IMG/VR virus record: IMGVR_UViG_3300033990_000391
Location: 379 to 64,378 of that record
Direction: 5' to 3' (one strand)
Length of the DNA stretch: 64,000 bases
Source of the DNA: a virus
Taxonomy: Duplodnaviria > Caudoviricetes
The notes under the pieces were generated by a model. The model was given only the letters and a program-made list of their open reading frames with translations, had not been told where the DNA came from and did no database searches. Below are positions 50,801 through 59,975 of the stretch, one piece after another (the first letter of the stretch is position 1; every line of letters begins with the position of its first letter). Made by a program: the position numbers and the translations under genes.

Positions 50801-51687
50801 ATGACCACCACAGCCGAAATTGCAATTGAAATGAAAAAAACGGAAAAACACCCACAGAAATTGCGAGGGCCCTCCACGAAGGACTGAATACTGATTCCTC
50901 CGGGATTGCTAGGGCACTCCGCGACGCGCTGAATCTGTTGCCCGCGGAAATCGCAGAAATTCTCCACGACGAACTGGAATTGGATCCTGAGGAAATCGCC
51001 GGAATTTTCCATAACAGGCCGGATCTGGATCCCGAGGATATTGCTAGGGCACTCCGGGACGGGCTGAATCTGGATGTGGGGGAAATCTCCAAAATTCTAC
51101 GAGAGGAACTGAATCTTGAGCCCGAGGAAATCGCCGGAATTTTCCATGGGCTGGATTTGAAACTGGGCGAGATAGCGAAAATTCTCCGGGACGCGCTGCA
51201 TCTGGATTACGCCGGAATTGCGGAGACCTTCCGGGACGGGATGCAGGTAAATAACGATTGGATTATCAAAACCCTGCGCTGGGATCTGGATCTGAATTGC
51301 GACGAAATTGCGGCAGCCCTGCGCGACGGACTGAATCTGGATTTTTCCGTAATTGCGGCGGCTCTCCACAACGCGCTGGAGGTGGATTACGACCGAATTG
51401 CAGCAGCACTCCGGGACGGGCTTGATCTGGATCCGGCCGAGATCGGGGGGGCCCTCCGGGACGGACTGAAACTGGATCTGGCCGAGATCGCTAAAACCCT
51501 CTACGACGGACTGGAACTGGATCCCGAGGAAATCGCCAGAATTTTCCACGACGGGATGAATTTGGATCCCGAGGAAATTGCAGCAGCACTCCGGGACGGG
51601 CTGGATATGGAACCCGAAGATATTGCTGAGGCCCTCCGAGAAGCACTGAATCTAAATCCCGAGGAAATTGCTAGAGTCCTCGGCTGA
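50801..51687 (+). CDS. 14-aa helical repeat protein, frameshifted at an A7 run
   Basis: About 19 LDPEEIAxxLRDGL repeats; the RBS-supported ATG at 50801 joins the repeat frame only if A7 (50834-50840) is A8. Confidence 0.75.
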
Positions 51688-51731
51688 TGAGCATTTTCTA
51701 ACGGGCCCCACGGCCCAAACTGGAGACGACA

Positions 51732-52316
51732 ATGAGCGAAATCGAAATTGAAATGCCGACCGAACATCAATATTACCGCTATCCCGGACAAACGAATCCT
51801 CAGGATGTTTTTTTGAATATTGATACCGAAAAAAATAAAATCTGGATTGCATTCAACTCCGAAATCGGAAATGCTATCCCCATAACCGTGTGGAACGGGC
51901 AAATCCGGAGGTATCAAATTTCCGCATATCACAGCGTCTTCGGACTGACGAAAATGCTGGAAGATCCTAAAATCATCGAACTGGCCGAGCGCATCGTAGC
52001 AGGATCCGAAGAAAGGGATGAGAAATATCATCTAGATGAGGATGCGCTAGAAGCCCACGACGCGCTGGGCGATTATCTAGAATCTTCCTACAGCCCGGAA
52101 GCCTATCCACTTTTCATTATCGACGAAGATTATCGTCGGCAGGAAATGCTGGGGACAATCACGGCCGCAACCACGGATGAGGAAATCGACAAACTCGTCG
52201 GGCAATATGAGGATGAGGATCTGAACGACCACGAGGATTTTGCTTACGAAGTCAACTATCGAATTCAGGCTTCCGACATCCGGGAGGCGGCGCGAGATAA
52301 AGTCCAAGAACTTTAA
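51732..52316 (+). CDS. Acidic hypothetical protein
   Basis: GGAG RBS; paralog at 53016-53409. Confidence 0.85.
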   Translation: MSEIEIEMPTEHQYYRYPGQTNPQDVFLNIDTEKNKIWIAFNSEIGNAIPITVWNGQIRRYQISAYHSVFGLTKMLEDPKIIELAERIVAGSEERDEKYHLDEDALEAHDALGDYLESSYSPEAYPLFIIDEDYRRQEMLGTITAATTDEEIDKLVGQYEDEDLNDHEDFAYEVNYRIQASDIREAARDKVQEL

Positions 52317-52379
52317 AATTTATCCGACTGATATTTTGTGCTGGTCTCGGGGATTAACTCTGAGCCCAGCCCGCATGTT

Positions 52380-52690
52380 AAGGTCGCTGTTCGCTGTTCG
52401 CTGGTACGGCTGGTCGCGGGGTTGACTGATCGCTGGTCGATGGTCGCGGGGTTGACTGATCGCTGATCGATGGTCGAGGGGTCGCTGATCGCTGATCGCT
52501 GGTCGAGGGGTCGCTGATCGCTGATCGCTGATCGGCTGGTCGCTGGTCGGATGGTCGCTGGGTCGCGGGGTCGGATGGTTTCTGGTCGCTGGTCGCTGGT
52601 TGAGGGGTCGCTGGTTGAGGTGTCGAGATCGGATAGTCGCTGGTCGGTTGGTTGCGGGGTCGCTGGTACGGCTGGTCGCTGGTCGCGGAC
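52380..52690. repeat. GATCGCT / GGTCGCT heptamer array
   Basis: Dense degenerate 7-mers with G/T strand skew and many GATC sites. Confidence 0.9.
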
Positions 52691-52762
52691 CGTAGGAAAT
52701 GCACGGGAAAGCACGGGAAAGCACGGGAAATGCACGCGTGCATTCATTGCGCTCCGTCTTCG

Positions 52763-52918
52763 CCGTTACCATTGCCATTGCCGTTACCATTGCCATTGCC
52801 GTTACCATTGCCATTGCCGTTACCATTGCCATTGCCGTTACCATTGCCATTGCCGTTACCATTGCCATTGCCGTTACCATTGCCATTGCCATTGCCGTTA
52901 CCATTGCCATAACCATTT
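52763..52918. repeat. CCRTTR hexamer array (~26 units, 18-bp higher-order repeat)
   Basis: (CCGTTACCATTGCCATTG)n ending CCATAACCATTTGAATT. Confidence 0.95.
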
Positions 52919-52941
52919 GAATTGACTAGTAAAAAAAGATC

Positions 52942-52969
52942 CTGAAATTTTATAGAAACAGATTATACT
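52942..52969 (+). promoter_or_regulatory. Early-type promoter copy 2
   Basis: AAAAAAAGATCCTGAAATTTT...TATACT. Confidence 0.75.
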
Positions 52970-53015
52970 ATATCTAGGGACCGAACCACGGGCCCATTAC
53001 AACTGGAGAACTGAC

Positions 53016-53409
53016 ATGACTCTTGAAATTGAAATGCCGACCAAACATCAGTATTTCCGGTATCCCGGACAAATGAATCCTCAACCTGTTTTTTTATACC
53101 TCAACACACAAAATGGGGGGGCGAATTTGGGTGGATTGGGATGGCGAAATCGGAAACGGCGTGTGGGGGGACGTGCGTAGTGGACGGATTCGCAGATACA
53201 GAATTTCATCCTATCATAGCCTCGCCAAACTAAAGGCAATCCTGCGCGACGAAAAAATTCTCAAACTAGCCGAGCGAATCGTAGCAGGATCTATCGAAGG
53301 GGAGGAAAATTTTCATTTGAACGACGATGCGCGGAGGGCGCAGGATTTTCTCTGTCATCATCTGGATTTCGCACATTCTGAGGAGGCCCTCCGTCCCGGA
53401 ATTTTATAA
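53016..53409 (+). pseudogene. Paralog of 51732-52316, frameshifted at a G7 run
   Basis: MTLEIEMPTKHQYFRYPGQ aligns with the paralog; G6 instead of G7 (53115-53121) restores the frame. Confidence 0.75.
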
Positions 53410-53444
53410 CGGGCCACGAGGCCCACATTACTGAGGAGACGACG

Positions 53445-53639
53445 ATGTACTTTCCTGTTGTAATTGCGAACGAAATGCGCGAATGTGGAAGGACCCCTAC
53501 TGAAATTGCAGTAGTTCTGCGAAAGGAATGCGATCTTTCAGAAGAGGAAATTCTGCACACACTCCAAGAGGTACTAGGGATGTCTCTCGAACAGATTCAG
53601 GCGGCATTTATGGTTGCGATCCATGAGAATCCTCTTTGA
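53445..53639 (+). CDS. Short member of the 14-aa repeat family
   Basis: IANEM..CGRTPTEIA..LR; GAGGAG RBS. Confidence 0.75.
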   Translation: MYFPVVIANEMRECGRTPTEIAVVLRKECDLSEEEILHTLQEVLGMSLEQIQAAFMVAIHENPL

Positions 53640-53668
53640 TCATACATCCCACAACTGGAGACATCCCC

Positions 53669-54232
53669 ATGAACATTGATTTATCGCCGGACCAGATTGC
53701 ACGCACACTTTACACTGAAAATGAGCAGTCTTCCGATCAGATTGTTCGCTTTCTGCACAATGCTTTGAAATTAACGCCCACCGAAATTGCGGGGCCCCTC
53801 CGGGATGGGCTGGATATGGATCCTGTCGGGATTGCAGGGGCCCTCCGGGACGGACTGGATATGGATCCTACCGAGATTGCTGAGGCCCTCAGGTTTGGGT
53901 TGGATATGGATCCTGACGGGATTGCAGGGGTCATCCGGGCGGAGTTTGGGACATATCCCGTGAAAATTATGCACATACTCATGAATGTGTTTTATTATAT
54001 TTCACCCGTAGAGATGGCCCGAATTCTTTCTCACGATCTGGAGGTGGAGCCTGATCGGATTGTACAAATTCTGCAGGGAGAATTTGATCTTTCACCAGTG
54101 GAAATGGTGGAGGCACTTAAAAACGGGGTTCATCTTGATTCCGAGGGGATTGTGGATGCCCTCAGGTTTGGGCTGGATAGTAATTCCGAGGACAATCCCG
54201 TAGAGGAATCGGGCAGGGCTTCGTTTTACTGA
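53669..54232 (+). CDS. 14-aa helical repeat protein (paralog)
   Basis: LRDGLDMDP..IA repeats; ACTGGAGA RBS. Confidence 0.85.
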   Translation: MNIDLSPDQIARTLYTENEQSSDQIVRFLHNALKLTPTEIAGPLRDGLDMDPVGIAGALRDGLDMDPTEIAEALRFGLDMDPDGIAGVIRAEFGTYPVKIMHILMNVFYYISPVEMARILSHDLEVEPDRIVQILQGEFDLSPVEMVEALKNGVHLDSEGIVDALRFGLDSNSEDNPVEESGRASFY

Positions 54233-54309
54233 AACTTATTCATTCTAATTGCATAGACACTACCATCGCCATAACCATAACCATTTGAATTGTCTAATGA
54301 AAAAAGATC

Positions 54310-54337
54310 CTGAAATTTTCCTGAAACAGGTTATACT
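54310..54337 (+). promoter_or_regulatory. Early-type promoter copy 3, preceded by a short hexamer array
   Basis: CCATCGCCATAACCATAACCATTTGAATT...AAAAAAGATCCTGAAATTTT...TATACT. Confidence 0.75.
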
Positions 54338-54345
54338 ATATATAC

Positions 54346-54669
54346 GGTGGCGGATGGGTTGCGGATACCGCAAGGGTAGCCCCCAGCGCGTACGTCGGGC
54401 CCGCTGCCCGTGTCTACGAACAGGCTCAGGTGTTCGGGTACGCGGAAGTGTTCGAGGGTGGGAGAGTGTCGGGAAATGCGCTGGTGTACGGATATGCACA
54501 AGTGGGTGGAATAGCACACATTTTCGAAGACGCGCAAATATACGGGATTGCAAAAGTGGCCGGGAATGCGCAAATAAGAGGACATGCGCACATATGCGGG
54601 TGCGCCCGTGTGATCGGGGATGCACACATTTACGAAAATGTGAAGATTTGTGAGGAGGATCCCGTATGA
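54346..54669 (+). pseudogene. 5'-truncated hexapeptide-repeat protein
   Basis: Begins GGGWVADTARV directly after the promoter; no start codon for the conserved N-terminus. Confidence 0.7.
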
Positions 54670-54811
54670 CAGTCATCCGCCCACCATTGCATAAGCCAAC
54701 GAAGCCCGAGCACGTGGGCAAACATCTATGGAAAGGAAAATTCTAAAAACTCTATCTAATATCCTTCACCAAGAGACCCGGGCCTAACAGCCCGCATTAC
54801 TGGAGATTAAC

Positions 54812-55084
54812 ATGTACATTTTTCATTCCGATGGAGGGCACGGCTGGGCTGAGGTAGCACGGACTGAGTTGGTGGAGTTAGGAATTGAGGATAAAATTAC
54901 TTCCTTTTCATACGAAAGGGACGACAAAGTATACCTAGAAGAGGATTGTGATTTAGCCACATTTATTGACGCGTTAGAGGACAAATTCAAGAGGACGTTT
55001 AAATTCGAGGATTTATTTATACATCGGAATGATGGAGATGATTCTCCGATTCGAAATTATTCCTGTTTCAATCATCATATTTGA
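54812..55084 (+). CDS. Conserved acidic phage protein (GHGW...YLEEDCD motif)
   Basis: HSDGGHGW, SY, VYLEEDCD, IRNY; ACTGGAGA RBS. Confidence 0.8.
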   Translation: MYIFHSDGGHGWAEVARTELVELGIEDKITSFSYERDDKVYLEEDCDLATFIDALEDKFKRTFKFEDLFIHRNDGDDSPIRNYSCFNHHI

Positions 55085-55096
55085 AGGAGACTTATT

Positions 55097-55330
55097 ATGA
55101 CTGACGTATATCTAAACATAACCAATCATATCATCGAGGTAATGGAAACGGTGGATAGTGATTGCAGGCGGTTGTGGGATACGCAACCCTCCATTCCCGA
55201 AAATTTAGTTACTGGAAAACGATATAGTGGAATAAACATCATGACCTTGTGGTGTGCAGCGGCTCAGGCGAGCAAAGCACATACCTATATACGGGGGGAG
55301 GGGGCCCAGGAAGTGGTGACGGCGGCATAA
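55097..55330 (+). pseudogene. Internally deleted ArdC-like antirestriction gene
   Basis: D.Y..IT..II....W....P.N.VTG.RYSGIN...LW N-terminus joined to an AAQASKA..YI C-terminal motif. Confidence 0.65.
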
Positions 55331-55473
55331 AGGGCATTTTATAGTCGTGATGGTTAACCATTCATCATTTTATAGCCGTGACGACGTTTATCATGCTTTG
55401 GGCTACTGGAGTGTTCCCAAATGCGAAATAATCGCTCTTGGACGATATTTATGACAGATTTTGAACTAACTGA

Positions 55474-55570
55474 TCAACGTGTAGAGCGACTTGGGGTCGC
55501 CACGCCAAGGGCCAGAAGATTTCTGGCCGCATTCACATCCCGGTCATGGATGGTGCCACATCCGGGCATG
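55474..55570 (-). pseudogene. tnpB: 3' remnant of a Zn-finger-type tnpB
   Basis: Minus strand reads CGTIHDRDVNAARNLLALG, preceded by an out-of-frame TGC CCG (CP). Confidence 0.75.
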
Positions 55571-55596
55571 CTAACCAATCCCTTTCATTTTGTCAA
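55568..55596 (-). promoter_or_regulatory. Leftward sigma70-type promoter
   Basis: TTGACA, 17 bp spacer, TAGCAT on the minus strand. Confidence 0.6.
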
Positions 55597-55609
55597 GTAT
55601 AGGTCAGAA

Positions 55610-55927
<318 letters not shown>

Positions 55928-55950
55928 GAATTATCTAGTGAAAAAAGATC

Positions 55951-55978
55951 CTGAAATTTTTCCAAAACCGGTTATACT
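55951..55978 (+). promoter_or_regulatory. Early-type promoter copy 4
   Basis: AAAAAAGATCCTGAAATTTT...TATACT. Confidence 0.75.
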
Positions 55979-55992
55979 TTAGGAGATGTATC

Positions 55993-56121
55993 ATGAATCC
56001 AGACGAACTGTATTATTTATTGACTGAAGGGGTTTATCCCGACAACGAAACAGTTATTCTAGATACTATTCCCCCTGATCTCGATGAGGATGACGACGAC
56101 ATTGACATTTTCAGCAATTGA
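55993..56121 (+). CDS. 42-aa highly acidic peptide
   Basis: MNPDELYYLLTEGVYPDNETVILDTIPPDLDEDDDDIDIFSN; AGGAG RBS. Confidence 0.65.
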   Translation: MNPDELYYLLTEGVYPDNETVILDTIPPDLDEDDDDIDIFSN

Positions 56122-56144
56122 TCCATGACCTTTAGGAGATTAAA

Positions 56145-56504
56145 ATGACTGAGCAATTTGATTTTGGAGCCGGACCTGTAGCTGCCCACCGTCACCCCAA
56201 TGGTTGGGGTTGGGTTGCAGATACTGCAACAGTTGATAATACTGCGTATGTAGGAGAGGATGCACGAGTATACGGGAAAGCGATAGTGTGTGATGATGCG
56301 CGAGTGTACGGGAAAGCGATAGTGTGCGATGATGCACAAGTGTACGGGAAAGCGATAGTGTGCGATGATGCACAAGTGTACGGGAAAGCGATAGTGTGCG
56401 ATGATGCACGAGTGTTCGAGGATGCACACGTGTCCGGAACGGCGTTAGTGTGTGAGCAAGATCAGGTGTCGGGGAATATGAAAATTGGAGATGGCCATGA
56501 CTGA
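56145..56504 (+). CDS. Hexapeptide-repeat (left-handed beta-helix-like) protein 1
   Basis: MTEQFDFGAGPVAAHRHPNG.GWVA head; 12-aa tandem repeats; AGGAG RBS. Confidence 0.88.
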   Translation: MTEQFDFGAGPVAAHRHPNGWGWVADTATVDNTAYVGEDARVYGKAIVCDDARVYGKAIVCDDAQVYGKAIVCDDAQVYGKAIVCDDARVFEDAHVSGTALVCEQDQVSGNMKIGDGHD

Positions 56505-57084
56505 ATTTGATTTTGGCAACGGTCCCGTGGCGGCCCACCAGCACCCTAACGGTGGGGGATGGATCGCGGATACCGCAACGGTGGGGGATAACGTATATGT
56601 AGGACCGGACGCACAAGTGTTCGATGATGCAATGGTATGCGATGAGGCACAGGTGTTCGGAAATGCGCAAGTGTACGAAAGTGCACAAGTGTCCGGGAAG
56701 GCGCGAGTGTCCGGATACGCACGATTATTTGGGAAGGCACTGGTGTACGGACATGCGCAAGTATACGGGTACGCGCTGATTGAGTACGCGCAAGTGTATG
56801 AGGGGGCGCAAGTGTACAATCATGCAATAGTGTCCGGGGATGCACACGTGTATGGGTATGCACACGTGTATGGGTATGCACTAGTGGGCGGGCGGGCTCA
56901 TGTGTTCGGATACGCGAAAGTGTTCGAGGATGCACGAGTGATTGATGACGCGCAAGTATTTGGAAAAGCGCGAGTGGCCGGGAATGCGCGAGTGTTTGAT
57001 GATGCGCAAGTGTACGGGTGCGCTCTAGTGTTCGGGACGACACAAGTGTTCGGGAATATGAAAATTGGAGATTTAACGAGCTAG
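56497..57084 (+). CDS. Hexapeptide-repeat protein 2
   Basis: Same head; (AxV[YF]Gx)n; GGAG RBS. Confidence 0.88.
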   Translation: MTEFDFGNGPVAAHQHPNGGGWIADTATVGDNVYVGPDAQVFDDAMVCDEAQVFGNAQVYESAQVSGKARVSGYARLFGKALVYGHAQVYGYALIEYAQVYEGAQVYNHAIVSGDAHVYGYAHVYGYALVGGRAHVFGYAKVFEDARVIDDAQVFGKARVAGNARVFDDAQVYGCALVFGTTQVFGNMKIGDLTS

Positions 57085-57139
57085 TATTCGATAACGCACG
57101 AGTGTGCGAGGACGCGCAAGTGTTGAAGGAGGATCAAAA

Positions 57140-57670
57140 ATGACTGAGCAATTTGATTTTGGCGCTGGCCCTGTGGCGGCCCACCGGCATCCAAAGGGTG
57201 GAGGATGGGTCGCGGATACCGCAACGGTTGCGGATACTGCGTATGTAGGAAAGGACGCCAAAGTGTTAGAAAGTGCGCAAGTGTTAGGGAAGGCAATAGT
57301 GTTTGATGATGCACGAGTATTCGGGAGGGCATTAGTTTTCGGGAATGCACAAGTGTATGGGCATGCACAGGTGTACGGGAATGCGCAAGTGTACGGGTGC
57401 GCTCTAGTGTTCGGGACGACACAAGTGTTCGGGAATGCACAAGTGTTCGAGAATTCACGAGTTCTAGGTAATGTGCAAGTGTTCGAGAATGCGAGAGTGT
57501 TTGGAGATGCACGAGTATTCGGGAGGGCGCGAGTGTTTGGAGATGCGCAAGTATTCGGGAAAGCCCAAATATACAGTAGGGCACGAATATACGGAAAAGC
57601 ACACGTGTTCGGGAAAATGCGAAGGTTCGGGAAAACGCGAGTGTTCGGGAAAACGCGAGTGTGTAGGTGA
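57140..57670 (+). CDS. Hexapeptide-repeat protein 3
   Basis: Same head; AAGGAGG RBS. Confidence 0.88.
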   Translation: MTEQFDFGAGPVAAHRHPKGGGWVADTATVADTAYVGKDAKVLESAQVLGKAIVFDDARVFGRALVFGNAQVYGHAQVYGNAQVYGCALVFGTTQVFGNAQVFENSRVLGNVQVFENARVFGDARVFGRARVFGDAQVFGKAQIYSRARIYGKAHVFGKMRRFGKTRVFGKTRVCR

Positions 57671-57776
57671 CTGTACAGTTGCAAACCCGGAGACGTAACC
57701 ATTATCTACATTTTCAGCAATCAGACCTACATTATATGTTAAAAACACTAGAAAATACAATAAGTTATAAATTCAC

Positions 57777-57805
57777 TTGACAACACAACATTTATGTGAT
57801 GGAAT
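57777..57805 (+). promoter_or_regulatory. Promoter upstream of the structured region
   Basis: A-rich upstream tract, TTGACA, 17 bp spacer, TGn-TGGAAT. Confidence 0.5.
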
Positions 57806-57811
57806 GCTCCC

Positions 57812-58800
57812 GTTATGATGAAATCTGAACATTTGCCCGCGCATTCCCCTTCCTAGGCCGTAAGGCCAGGAGGGGGTCAAGCGGGCTGTTCTCTCGAGGC
57901 TGAGTTGTGTTATAATCACGAAATAGGGCCGGGGCAGTCCGAATGTACGCCTGAGGAGTCCATCGTAAGTCGTGTGGCCGGAAACGGTCGGACGCAGGGG
58001 ACGCAAAACCCTCTACTCGGAGGGAAGGAACCAGGAAACTCTTTCCGTGAGGGAAGAAACCCGCGCTACAACTGCGTAAGCGGTTTAGGCGGCGGGAGAG
58101 TTCATAACATTCATAAGCATGAAAGGTCCGGAGTGTTAAAACTTTCGGACACGCAATCTCGCTGCGAGTTAGCGGGGACCTCACCACGCGCCAACATATT
58201 TATTGCTGCCCGGGGAAGACCTAGGCTATCTACTGCATCAGGAGGCAAATTCAAATCCGCTGATGTGGGGGGTTTAAAGTCGCGTGGCTCAGGGCCAGAA
58301 CAGAAAGGTGAGATCGGGGTTGACTATAACGGAATTGATTTTCAGGATTCCGCCCCTGTCCTCACCAAACATTGGTCAACACTTCCAAGAGTGGGACCGA
58401 GGACGCTCCGGGAGTTTTCGTTTCCGGCGTGTCTGACCGAGAAAACGCGGGGTGGGACTGGACCACGACTGCCTGCGCAAGCGGGGACCCCAACAAGGCC
58501 CCGACCATTGAGAGGTTCACGAAAGATCCGAAGACTGGAAATTCCAGAAGACTGGAAATTACCAGAAGGCGCGGGACAACAAACCGCGTTCCAAGGTCGG
58601 GTTTATTTCGGGACCGAAGTGACCGAACATAAAAGGGCGACGGGCTGTCCTCCCTTTATCCACGGAGTTAAGCGTGGTTGTTTGACGAAAAGCTGGCCAA
58701 ACGGCAGCACACCCCTTGAAAAACTGCAACGGGGAGGTCAGTCCTTGACAGCCTAGGAAAATAATTTCCTGGTTTATCATAGACTTGGCTTTCTTTTTTG
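57812..58800 (+). ncRNA. Candidate large structured non-coding RNA (class unknown)
   Basis: Five GNRA-capped hairpins, nested and long-range helices, no credible ORF, promoter upstream and U-tract downstream. Confidence 0.6.
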
Positions 58801-59401
58801 TAGTAGTTTATTTTAAAGGGGTGAGTTGCGCCCTGAACAAACACAACGGCATTTATTTCTTAATTGCTAGCCACTAGCCACTAACCAACAGAATCAAACT
58901 CCCGAAGCGGTCACCTTCGGTTCCCTACAGCCTCGTGAGATTTGATAATTCCCCTCCCGGAGCGGGAACCTTTGGTTCCCTACAGGCCCCGTGAGGTGAA
59001 TTGAGTGTTTTTCAGAATTCTTTGTTGTACGGAGGATAGAATAAAGTTAATTCTTCAGGCCGATACGAAAGAGTGAGCCGAAGGCGAAACGATGAAGGGG
59101 AGGCGTGGCGGCGAAGGGACGCCGCTAATACTAGTGAGGTAGGGCCCCGCAAGAGGCTGAACGAGACTGTTCCGTTCGCAAGTCGTTGGGAACTGCTCCG
59201 TCAAGGGCACTGCTAGGGCTCTTAAAAGGGGGGGGTTTAAGGGGGCAAATTTTGGCTTGCCGCCAAAGGTGGTCCGCCGTACAGAGAAACCAAAAACCTG
59301 TCCTCTAAATGGTGGAGGCTTCTTGAGCCGCCCAACGCACGCGGAGCGTAAATGAATACACGCGTGCATTTCCCGTGCATTTTCGGTGTTCATCGTTCAG
59401 A

Positions 59402-59763
59402 TGGTGGAGGCGGCGGGAATCGAACCCGCGTCCACGAGCCATCCACCCGACTGTCTACATGCTTAGCTGGATGATAGATGTCATGTCCGGCCGTTCATCC
59501 GCAAACTCCGGTCACCTAGCCCCGTGGGTTCCGAGCGTGGAGCCGGGGCGACTCCTCGAACGGTTCCTGCGTGATCGACCCCCACGTTCCTTTCGGAACT
59601 CCCGGACGCACAGGCGCGGCACCGGGTGGAGGCTAGCGGTCAAGCCGCTAGGGCGTAGTTTGCGTCGTTCGCAACTAGCTTTTGCGGTTGGTTTAACGAG
59701 GCCTAACCGCACCTCGGCATGCATTTCGGGCTTCAGTACTCGTGTCGAGGCCTGATCGCCCCC
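59402..59763 (-). ncRNA. ssrA: tmRNA, tag ANDANYALAA
   Basis: 5' GGGGGCG pairs with 3' CGCCUCC-ACCA with a G3-U pair; T-arm GGGTTCGATTCCC; pk1 GAGG/CCTC and GCGG/CCGC; tag frame 59672-59640. Confidence 0.97.
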
Positions 59764-59824
59764 ACACGTGGCAATCATGATAACACAAATTCCGAACTTC
59801 ACCATGGCTTCACAGTGACAACTT

Positions 59825-59975
59825 TTTCCCAGGCAAGCAAGGCAACGCCATTGCGGATGGCCTCAAGTAGCACATTCGGATCAGCGATCCTCGGCAGATA
59901 GAACGGTAACGCACAAAGTCCTCGACCAGATGCTTGACCGAGACATGGATCCCGCGTCATAGCGGTACGCGGTTC
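59825..59975 (-). pseudogene. Degraded fragment of a DUF499-like ATPase gene
   Basis: NRVPL*RG.HVSVKHLVEDFVRY then frameshifted YLPRIADPNVLLEAIRNGVALLAWE; recognised from memory of the family. Confidence 0.45.

Noticed and set aside
52313-52925. Low-complexity ORFs in several frames over the repeat arrays (also 55421-55982 and 50147-50467)
   Set aside because: Open frames are expected in stop-free repeats; no RBS support.
57951-58010. Hammerhead-like CTGAGGA-GTCC...GGAC
   Set aside because: Followed by GCAAAA instead of the required GAAA; stems I and III not found.
57905-58756. 283-aa ORF over the structured region
   Set aside because: TTG start without RBS, Gly/Arg/Pro-rich with no motifs; better explained as a by-product of GC-rich helices.
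58200-58775. Group I intron call from a P7-like GACTG/CAGTC pair
   Set aside because: P3-P6 could not be assembled and there is no interrupted host gene; left as a test for the ncRNA finding.
59070-59095. Hammerhead-like TGAGCCGAAGGCGAAAC
   Set aside because: The CUGANGA core is missing upstream.
59402-59435. Stand-alone tRNA or att remnant
   Set aside because: It is the 3' end of the complete tmRNA.
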